Source: Octopus vulgaris
Taxonomy: Eukaryota
Direction: 5' to 3'
DNA: 64,000 nucleotides
Assembly (NCBI GenBank): GCA_951406725.2
Contig: OX597822.1
Span: 21,142,001 to 21,206,000 of the forward strand
Below are positions 13,791 through 23,775 of this stretch, one piece after another. Position 1 is the stretch's first letter; every line of letters starts with the position of its first letter. Position numbers and translations under genes: made by a program. A model generated the notes under the pieces. The model worked only from the letters and a program-made list of their open reading frames with translations, did not search any database and was not told the DNA's origin.

Positions 13791-14336
13791 GTTAACAATA
13801 AGTTTGTGCACAATATCTGTTCATTAAATTTCACAAGAAATTGGGTCAACCTGAGGCTATAGTAGAAATCCATACAATCATGCCTGTACTTATATACCCA
13901 TATGATAATAATTGTGTCCCAAAATCATATTTTAACTGTCCATTGTGTGTGTCTTGTAGTGTGGGAGCTGAAAATGTGACAGTCTTGGATTGTATTCACT
14001 CTGTTTCTTGGTTAATACATTATCATTCTCTTTGTGTTCTCTGAAGACAAAGAAATGTGTTCCATTGAATATTATTCTTTCCACTTTTCTACTACCTATA
14101 GATTTGTTTCCTGTAAAAAAAAACAAATGAACAAAACAAAGTAGTTGTAAGATGAGTGTCACTGACATACAAGCAATATTCTCCAAGAAAGTACCTGATC
14201 ATAGGGAAATATTATCTTGCTTGGAAACAGGTGAGAAATGGAAACAGGAAATGCATCTGGCCACAAAAAATCTGCCTCGATAAACTCCATGTGGTCCAGA
14301 CAAACATGGAAAAAGTGGACACTAAAAGGATGAAGT

Positions 14337-14367
<31 letters not shown>

Positions 14368-15067
14368 AGTAGTGTTAGCAACATCTATATTTTATTACCA
14401 GTAAATCGACTAAAATTACTAAAACAACTAGATTATTACTATAGTTTAATGGTATATTTTTAATGAAACATGATTTTCACTCCTAGATGGAACTGCATCA
14501 GAGAACGGATGAATAACACAACTTCTCTCATTCTCTTGGTTTTAAAACTTTTGCCTTCAAGTCTATGCAACAAATAACTAAAATTATATTATTTTTTAAT
14601 ACAGTTATGCCAGTCCACTTCATTGTAATTGTTAATTCTTATGGAAAACCATAAACATCACCTTGTCATTAAATACAAGGTATTTGCATATAATTAAAAT
14701 ATTATTATTGCTACTGATTTCTATGCAGAATGAAAGGCAATGATAACACTGGTAGGACTTGATTTCAGATTGTAAGATATAAATATTCTGGTACTCTGTG
14801 CAACACCACTGTCTTATATCATTATTGACATATGTGCAGTAGATTGGTTAACTTGTCATAAATGCCTTGTGGTATACAGCTAGGTCCCTTTAAATTTTGA
14901 GTTCAGATATTACTTAGATCAATTTACATTTCATCCTTTCTTTGTCAATAAAGTAAAGTAATATTCAAGTACTTACATTGATTTAACAAACTGTGCCTTC
15001 CATCAAAGTGTATGACTTGGTGCTAATGCCAGAGATCAATATTATCATTATTATTATTATTATTATT

Positions 15068-15227
15068 AAGGTGGCAAGCTGGCCATGTTGTTAGCAAGCC
15101 AAGCAAAATGCTTAGTGGTATTTTGTCCATCTTTACATTCTGAGTTCAAATTCCGCTGAAGTCAACCTTGCCTTTCATCTTTTCAGGGTCAATAAAATAA
15201 GCACCAGCTGAGTACTGGGGTCAATGC
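15068..15227 (+). mobile_element. tRNA-related SINE with Nin/Deu-like central domain, 3'-truncated
   Basis: B-box-like GAGTTCAAATTCC followed by GCCTTTCATCTTTTCAGGGTCAATAAAATAAGCACCAG; same family as 49335-49569 and 62132-62366. Confidence 0.75.
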
Positions 15228-16169
15228 ATTCAGGCTTTGCGCTTTCGGGGCGTTGCACTTCTCAATCTTTTTCAGTTCTTTATCATCCATTTGTATAGAA
15301 GATTGTTATTATTATTATTATTATAATTGTTATTATTATTCTGGGGGTTGCACTTTTCAATCTTTTGCAGTTCTTTATCATCCTTTCATACATTCCTAGA
15401 TATGGTACTATCTATGATCTTGGTTTCCTTCATCATTTTATCAGTTACTACAATGTCTGATATGTCCTTTTTCGCTGCATTGATAGCAAGTTGGTGGTCT
15501 TCCTTCTACTACCGCTCTCAACCATATGTCCTCCAGTAGTATTATTTCTTCAGTAATTTCATTTAGATCTTGTTGTCCGACCTGGATGACCATTTCTAGT
15601 TCGTATCCCACCCAATTTACCTTCATTGTTCATGTCACCTTTAGAATTTTGGCATCTTCCTAAGTTTTGTGCATTACGGCTGCCACCAGCCATGCTTCTT
15701 ATATTTCTGGTGGTAATCTGCCTATTCTCACTCTGGTGAACCTATTGCCACAGCAGGTAGGTAAGAGTACCCATTTTCCTGTCTTCAGCATCATAGTGGA
15801 GTGATTTATTGCCTCCTGCTCATTGGCAAATCTCACCTCCACTGTGCCATATTTTCTGCCTCTTGTATAGAATGTTGTCAGGTTCTTAATTTCCTTCAGA
15901 CATTCTTCAGTAACTTCTCCTGTAGCTATCTCTATTTTCTTTGTGGTTGTAGATAGAGTTCTGTACACCACTGTTCTTTTCTTGGTACTTGTTGTCAGCT
16001 CTTGTGGAGGGGTCAGCTTTAAACTGGATCCATCCTTCTTAATTAGCTTGTAATGTTCCTTCAGCTTCTTTTGTTCAATTTTAATTTCTCATACTTCTAG
16101 CGAATCTGCACCTTTCCCAGCTGCTGAAGCATAACTCCCGGCATGTGCTGGAACTGGTTCACACTCCAT
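15228..16169 (-). pseudogene. Gag-like ORF1 of a Tx1/L1-type non-LTR retroelement, disrupted
   Basis: ORFs 15699-15971 and 15441-15626 are in one frame across stops. N-terminal SYASAA motif, RRM-like YGTVEVRF...VRIGRLPPEI segment, zinc knuckle CYQCSEKGHIRHC (CCHC). Confidence 0.75.
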
Positions 16170-16399
16170 TTCCTTTTTTCCTTTTTTTATACACTTCACC
16201 CCAAAATGGGGAAGAAGACAAATCCAAAAATCACAAGCCCGCAGGTAAAAACAGCAACAGTATTTAACAAATTCAATAATTCAAATCATAGGTTCACCCT
16301 CATGGGAGATCCTTCAACAAGTATATAACAAAGCACAATACGACCTACATCAACCAGAATCAAAAATGATTTAACACCAACAAAAATACCTCACTGACA

Positions 16400-17190
16400 G
16401 CTTTTCTTTATTTGGCACACAGGCCATGAACACAGAGGGGACAAAACAAGGACAAACAGAACGCCACAGTGGGAATAAAAAACATAAAATGAATGAAAAA
16501 TGAAAACTGTATAATGAAATCGATGGTGATGAAATGGATGCATATGCCCCACTGACATGCTGTACCATTTGAATGTTCTTACTTTCAGTTTATAATCTTT
16601 TTCTTTTTTCACTGTTTTTTCACAATTAGCATCATATTGTTTACTCTTTTTTGCCTTTTTTTTTTAATATCTTATGTATGGCTCTAGTTCCCTTATTTCT
16701 ATTACTGGAGACAGTTCGTGGAACTCCACCACAAATCCCAGCTGTTCAATTTGACACTTTTCCTTCAACTTGTTATAGTTTTCTTTATTGATTAAAATAG
16801 TTTTTACATTTTCACCATAAATCTCTTTGGGCAACTTAACCCTTATAACGGATTTAAGCTTGGTTATTATTTTTTCGGTATTTATGCTTTTAGCATATGT
16901 CACAAAATTCCAGCTATGCTTTTTCAGCCTTCTTGCTTCTTTTCTATGTTCCACTCTTGGTGCCACTGCCTCCATCCTCGTTAGTATTGATGTTTCTTCT
17001 CACTGCTGTCCTGAAACATTCTCTAGTATGCTTGCTTCTATCTCCTCCTCCTCCTCCATAACCTCCTTTTATACTTCTTTCTCAACCTCCTTTCAAACAT
17101 CCTTTATGAGTTTCCTTTCAACCTCCTTTACGACTTCCTTCTCCACCTCTTTATCTGTTTATTTTTTGTTTTTCTGTCTCTCTGCTGTAG
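16400..17190 (-). mobile_element. 3' portion of a non-LTR element: E/K-rich ORF remnant (incl. 16664-16975) plus T-rich 3' UTR ending AATAAAGAAA
   Basis: Minus-strand reading KEVEKEVVKEVERK...MEAVAPRVEH...; the 3' end TGTCCTTGTTTTGTCCCCTCTGTGTT...AATAAAGAAA abuts the leader of the ORF1 at 16169. Confidence 0.55.
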
Positions 17191-17192
17191 AA

Positions 17193-17391
17193 AGGAGATG
17201 CGATGTCACAGGTGCCATGCTATATCGGGCTTTGCCTTTCCCTTGGATAACACTGGGGGCATGGAGAGGGGAGGCCGATATGCATGGGCGACTGCTAGAC
17301 TTCCATAAACAACCTTGCCCGCACTTGTGCCTGGGAGGGTAACTTTCTAGGTGCAATCCCATGGTCTGTGTCGTGACTGAAGGGGGGTCTC
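17193..17391 (+). mobile_element. Dispersed repeat, SINE 3' module
   Basis: Homologous to 59913-60107 (CCTTGGATAAC...CCATAAACAACCTTGCCC...GGAGGGTAACTTTCTAGGTGCAATCCCATG). Confidence 0.75.
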
Positions 17392-17539
17392 AGATATATA
17401 TATTATCTATGTATATATATATTTGATTAATATATACATATATATAAATCATATATATATATATATAAATCATTTATATATATATATATATATATAAATC
17501 ATATATATATATAAATCATATATATATATACATATATAA

Positions 17540-17579
<40 letters not shown>

Positions 17580-17627
17580 TAATATATACATATATATATA
17601 TTATATATATATATAAATCATATATAT

Positions 17628-18253
17628 GTGGTGAAGCACGACTTTTGAACTTTAGGTCTCACCAAGGAAATGACTAGAGACCGAGACCTTTGGAAGTATG
17701 CTGTGCGTGAGAAGACCCGGCAGGACAAGTGAGACCATAACCCATGGTCTCTACATGGGATGTAGCCAGTCCACTTATGCATACCTTTCCTTCTTGCAAC
17801 ACAAGACTCTACTTGTGAAGACCTGTTGAGGCAAGTGAGAATCAAAATCAAAATCGATCAACATCAATGGAAATTGCAGCTGTGATGCCAGTGCCGGTGG
17901 TACGTAAGAGAACCTTCCGAACGTGACTGTTGCCAGTGCCGCCCTGACTGGCCTCGTGCTGGTGGCACGTAAAAAGCACCATCCGATCATGGCCGTTTCC
18001 AGCCTAGCCTGGCCCTCATGCCGGTGGCACGTAAAATGCACCATCCGATCGTGGCCGTTTGCCAGCCTCGTCTGGCACATAAAAAGCACCCACTACACTC
18101 ATGGAGTGGTTGGCATTAGGAAGTGCATCCAGCCATAGAAACATTGCCAGATCAGACTGGGCCTGGTGCAGCCTTCTGGCTTCCCAGACCAAAGTTGAAC
18201 TGTCCAACCCATGCTAGCATGGAAAGTGAATGCTAAACAATGAAGATGATGAT
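17628..18253 (+). mobile_element. RTE-clade LINE 3' end (ORF2 C-terminus + 3' UTR + GAT tail)
   Basis: Reads VVKHDF*TLGLTKEMTRDRDLWKYAVREKTRQDK* (the DRxxW end typical of RTE), then a 3' UTR with ~60-bp subrepeats and a GATGATGAT tail; inserted in (TA)n. Confidence 0.8.
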
Positions 18254-18342
18254 ATAAATCATATACATATGATTAATATACACAAATATATATGATTAGT
18301 ATATACATATGTATATGATTAATATATACATATATATATATA

Positions 18343-18527
18343 TTTATGTGCCACCGACACAGGTGCCAGACGAGGCCGGCAGACGGCCATGCTCGGATGG
18401 TGTTTTTTATGTACCACCGACACAGGTGCCAGACGAGGCTGGCAGACGGCCACGCTCGGATGGTGTTTTCTTATGTGCCACCGACACAGGTGCCAGATGA
18501 GGCTGGCGAACGGTCACGCTCAGATGT
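18343..18527 (-). repeat. Three tandem ~62-bp subrepeats of the RTE 3' UTR
   Basis: TTATGTRCCACCGACACAGGTGCCAGAYGAGGCYGGC...CTCRGATG x3. Confidence 0.85.
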
Positions 18528-18619
18528 ATGTATATATATATATATATATATATAATAGATGGCATGAGAGGCACTGACTATTGGGGTAGACAGTAGACAA
18601 AAAAATCTCAATCTCTACT

Positions 18620-18820
18620 CTCTGCAATGCGACTTTTTTCCTCTGTCTTCCTTTTTTTCTTAGCCTTTCCTCCATCTCCTGTTTCTGATGAAGAGTTTTG
18701 CTCGAAATGTAAAACCTATCTTTCTTTCCTTCTCTAAGCGTCTGCTAATACTTTGCATGTACCATGTCCTCGCATTGTTGTTTTTCTTTGTTGTGTTTGT
18801 TCTTCGTTGTTTGGGACATT
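18620..18820 (+). mobile_element. Short Penelope-pLTR/retrozyme-like repeat containing a minimal hammerhead core
   Basis: GUUU CUGAUGA A GAGU UUU GCUC GAAA UGU A AAAC at 18681-18715; homologous to 52905-53100 on the minus strand. Confidence 0.7.
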
Positions 18821-18874
18821 TACATACTTATATACATATATATGGATTCATACATACATATAAATATATATATT

Positions 18875-19035
18875 AGAGATTGAGTTTTTTTAGTTGATCC
18901 CAATAATCATTGCCTCTCATGCTGTCTATCTTTCTTGTTATTGACCTCTGGAGTACTTCTACTTTCATAATGCGATGCCCACTTATGGGAGGACCACAGT
19001 GGGCAACAGTATTCAAGGTGGGGTTGGGCTAAAGT
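18875..19035 (-). mobile_element. CR1/L2-type LINE ORF2 C-terminal fragment
   Basis: [14 protein letters not shown] matches the (R)PHLEYCxxxWSP motif, followed after frameshifts by YWDQLKKLNL. Confidence 0.75.
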
Positions 19036-19774
19036 ATATATACATACATATCTATATATACATACATACATTATATATATATACATACAAATATATATAC
19101 ATACACACATACATAATATATATATTCTTTTATATATATGTATATATATATGTATACATACTTCCATATATATATATATATATATATTTATACACGCACA
19201 CACACACACACACATATATATACATGTATATATGTTTAAGAAACTCATTCCTCTTTGTATTAATAATTTGTTAATGTGTAGTCTTTTAATTCCAATGTGT
19301 ACGGTATCAGTATTTTTCTGCCAACTTCTCTATCTCAAACAGTTATTATCCGTGCATAAATATACATTGTAAAAATATTCTGACTTTCATCTGAGATTAA
19401 TTTATGGTCACTAATGACAATGCCATTATGATTTAGCTTGCTTTTACTGTTCGTTTTGATCAACTTACATAGTCTGATAGCCATTTTAACTACAAAGATA
19501 TTTGGTAGGGCGGAGGTACTTAAAGTTAACATTTTGTAATTGTTTTTTATTGCTGAAACATTTTGTAATGTTTTTGTTTTTATTATGTATATTAATTTTA
19601 TTATATATCTCATTTATCTTTTGTAAAAATAGATGTCTTTATGTTTGTTTTCCTAATAATCTTCTTATTTTCATTAGAAGTGGCAGGAGGAAAAAGTTTG
19701 CCAAAATCACAAAACACCTTGTTCCCTGTTAGACAATTATCTATTCTGTTTTCCATTACACAAGATGCTAAAAT

Positions 19775-19870
19775 AATATTAGTATAATAATAATAATAAT
19801 AATAATAATAATTATAATAATAATAATAATAATGATGATAGTAATAATATTAATAATAATGATAATATAG
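19775..19870. repeat. (AAT)n microsatellite
   Basis: Direct observation. Confidence 0.9.
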
Positions 19871-21120
19871 CAATGGCGATGCTTTTGATGATAAAAAAGA
19901 CGTAATGTAATCAGTGAGTAGCAAATTTATATGAGGAAATTACCTCCTTTGTTAGTAGAGTTATCATTGAAAAGCCATTGCACTCTATTTGTTCAGTAAT
20001 CTGTTTATTGCACAATAATAACTGAATCAGACAGTCCTACACTTCTCAGACGCCTTATCTCTTATGTTCTTTCTGCGAACAACAAAAAAGAAACCCAGAG
20101 AAATTGTATAAATATAAACATATCATTAGTATAACCCTGTATTTATATACATAACGACATTACGAGCATACAAACAAACAATTACAGCTGGTCATAACAA
20201 ATTGGTATTAGACTAATGCTTGAAGAGGTGATGGTATGTATCCTGATACTGGTGTCCATCACCATGACAATTGACTGTCACAAGCTTAAATAATCTTTGC
20301 ATCAGTTTAGCTAACTGTAAAATATATAAAATATATATATAACTATAAAATATATATCATAAGAAAATTCAGTTTATTGCTCTATAGAGTAGCATTGGTT
20401 AAATTACAACTCTGAGGACAGATCCACTATGAAACAATAACAGGTTCTTCAAATATTCAGATAAAAGTTCAGATTCATTTATCATTTTAGGAAAAAATTC
20501 TTGGCTCCAAGATTTTCGTTTGCTTATGTTACAATAAAATAGTATATGACCAACGGCATACAGTATTAATGTGAAACCAACAAGAAATTCTATATACATA
20601 CAGACACATGCTTACTAATGTAATTGTCACATAAGCTTATGACAGTTTTATTAATTATAGAGAATGACATATCTGTTCAAAACAAAAGACAAAACTCTTG
20701 ATTAATTTATTACCTAAAGACTTCATTCTTTGTATTTAGTAAAGTAATACACTTCAATCTTATCCAAAAGACGGAGATTGCTAAGTGGTGAATGTACTAG
20801 AGTATGAAGCCTATAAAAACAGTTGTTTACAATCATATATAAGTATATTGGCACATGAACCATTAAAAAATGGTACAATATTTTAGACATTTTTAACTGG
20901 TTCCCTGAATGATTTATTGATATGAATATTTAATTAAAAATAATTGTCCTATATTTACAGAATATTATATTATTTACAGAACATTGAAAGATTCACAATG
21001 TAATTATCATTTTTCCAGAAGTCCTGTTGTACAATATTTATTGTATATTCCATAAAGATTTTCTGGTTTTCCATCGTTATTTTGCATATATTAAAATTTG
21101 ATTTATTTCCTGCTTATATT

Positions 21121-21520
21121 TACTCTTTTACTTGTTTCAGTCATTTGACTGTAGCCATGCTGGAGTACTGCTTTTAGTTGAGCAAATCGACCCCAGGACT
21201 TATTCTTTGCAAGCCTAGTACTTATTCTATCGGTCTCTTTTGTCAAACCGCTAAGTTATGGGGTTGTAAGCACACCAGCATCGGTTGTCAAGCGATGTTG
21301 GGGGAACAAACACAGACAAACAAACACACACACATATATACATATACATATATACGACAGGCTTCTTTCAGTTTCCGTTTACCAAATCCACTCACAATGC
21401 TTTGGTTGGCCCGAGGCTATAGTAGGAGACACTTGCCCAAGGTGCCACGTAGTGGGACTGAACCTGGAACCATGTGGTTGGTAAGCAAGCAACTTACCAC
21501 ACAGCCACTCCTGCACCTAT
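21121..21520 (-). mobile_element. tRNA-derived SINE family A (~400 bp)
   Basis: Head GGAGTGGCTGTGTGGTAAG...GGTTCAGTCCC (A/B-box like), internal TA/TG microsatellite, tail GACTGAAACAAGTAAAAGAGTA; at least 7 copies in the window. Confidence 0.9.
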
Positions 21521-22449
21521 AACTACTTACGTCCATAAATAATTGTAATTGTGAAGGCACATGCCCTTGTTGCAGGGATTTTGAGATCTTAAGAACATAA
21601 CTTCATTTCTTCACCTGGGCAGCATATCGTATCCTTGAGCAAGATGCTTCAGTTCATGTTGATTTGGTTTACTCATATAAAAATTAGTGTCAGCCAGCTG
21701 CTAATGCACCTCTTTCTTCCTCCCTTAGTCACATCTTTCATTTTCTGCTGGACTGAGAATGGGAGGCCTGAGATGGTGCTTGTCTACTTCTGATTGCATA
21801 GGCAGCTAAAATAACTAATAAAAGTGTGATACAAACTACCAGGTTACACTCCATCAAGTGAGTGATAGTTAAACACTTGATTAAATATATATATATCTCG
21901 CAAGTAATGCATTTGTATATTAAATTATTTAGGATTTTAAAAATTTGTGTTTTGCAATTTGTTTGAAACAATATACAATAAAGGATGTAAAACTTTATAG
22001 AGCCCTTATAATATAATTCCTGAGTTTCAAAATATGTATTTCAGAATTACCCTCAACAAACTTAACTATGGAACAGAACAGAAGATATAATCAAAATTTT
22101 TAGAATAATTGAACCAAGCTACAAAAATTTGTAAATTTATATTTTAAATAAAAATATATACAAAAACAATTATAAAACAGGAAAATTCCACAGGTCCCGT
22201 TAGTATGTAATAATCAGTTATTTATTTTGAAGGTCTTTCAGTTTCATCTAAAAATATCATTGCTGTTACAAACCCTTAAAAACATATCATAATGTTTATG
22301 AATTTGTAAATTTCCAAATGACTATATTTCTGTTCTTGCAATGAAATAAATTTTGAGGACAAACTGTCAAAGAAAACCTATATATATATATTCCTGCTCC
22401 TACACGTTTCTCTATTTATTTTGCTGTATTTCTTTGGTATGCTTTCAAG

Positions 22450-23775
22450 AATTGCAACAGGGGGATCAGAATCAGATTTTGGACATTGGTCGTATTTTTA
22501 ATTTGACCCGGTTTAAATGCAAAGCAAAGACTTTGAAAATACTTGTTTGAGAATTACTTTATGCCGATGATGCTGATTTGTTGGCAAACTCATAGGGGGA
22601 TATGCAACATTTAATGGACAGATTTTCTGCTGCATGTGTACATTTCGGACTCACAATTAGTCTTGGGAAAACCAAAGTAATGTTTAGTTCCATGCCAGGA
22701 CAAACATATTCTGAACCAAACATTTTTGTGAATGGAACAAGGTTAGAAGTCATTGGCACCTTTGTTTACCTAGGAAGCACACTGTCAAGAGATGGTAGTT
22801 TTGATGCAGAGGTATATTATCGAATAGGGAAGGGAAGTGTTGCATTTAGAAAGCTAGGAAAGTGAGTATGCATGGATAGAGGTATTTCCCTGTAGACAAA
22901 TATCAGTGTGTATTGTCGGCATTTCTTTATTCAAGTGTGACATGGACCACTTACAAGCGTCACATAAAAATGCTGGAGAGATTTCATCAAAAGTGCCTCA
23001 GACATATTTTAGGAGTCAAGTAGGAATGCTTCATACCAGATAGAGGTTTTGCACATGGCATGTTGCAGCTCAGTTGAACAACATGTCATCTTGGCTCAAA
23101 TGAGATAGACTGGACATGTTATTAGAATGAAAGACGAGCGTTTGCCAAAGTGTCTTTTTTTATGATAAGCAACCACAACATAAGCCGAGGAAAAAGTATA
23201 AAGACTGTGTGAAGGAAAACCTGAAGAAACCAGATATGAACAAAAGTGATTGGGAAAATGATGTTCTAGATCAGAACAAGTGGAGAGGTGCTGTTAAGAC
23301 TGGTTGTAATGCCTTGGAAGGAAAGATGATTTAGCACTCTGAACTTAAAAGGGCCTGTTGCAAAGGGGTCTGTAATCAACAGTGATATATGTGACCATGT
23401 TCTGTAGTCAAAAGCGTGATACGTGAACCATATGAAGTCACATGAAAATCGTAATGCTCAGATAGGTAATAATCTTGGACATCAACCACCTCTTACGACT
23501 TGTGTCATATGCCAAAAATTTTGTAAGACAATATTTGGACTTAAAAGACATATGCTAGTTCACAAAAACATTCCTTCAGAATCAGATTCCAAAGGGCAAA
23601 GATATATAAGAAACTTGAATAATATCTGCCACTTGTGCTTTAAATCCTGTCAGTCAGCGGCTGGTCTTAAAAGTCATCTAAGGACTCATCAACTGAGTGA
23701 TTGTACCGTGTGATGTGGTGTGGTGTGTGTGTTGATGGGATGGCTATTACCTCCCAAGATGAAGCAATCATCATA
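22450..23775 (+). mobile_element. 5'-truncated RTE-clade LINE; ORF2 pseudogene with RT C-terminal half and three C2H2 zinc fingers
   Basis: ELLYADDA RT motif, FGLTISLGKTKVM, FVYLGSTLS, LERFHQKCLRHIL, GHVIRM; fingers CVICQKFCKTIFGLKRHMLVH and CHLCFKSCQSAAGLKSHLRTH plus a decayed one ending YVNHMKSH; short (ATC) tail. Confidence 0.92.

Noticed and set aside
16827-17342. 171-aa + strand ORF with TM-like and S/T/F-rich segments
   Set aside because: Antisense shadow of the E/K-rich minus-strand ORF plus a SINE module.
18343-18527. CRISPR-like array
   Set aside because: Contiguous ~62-bp tandem units with no unique spacers; derived from the RTE 3' UTR; eukaryotic context, no cas genes.
19335-19756. 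Extended minus-strand ORF/exon of ~140 codons
   Set aside because: A frame break at ~19613 splits it; AT-rich, no recognisable homology.
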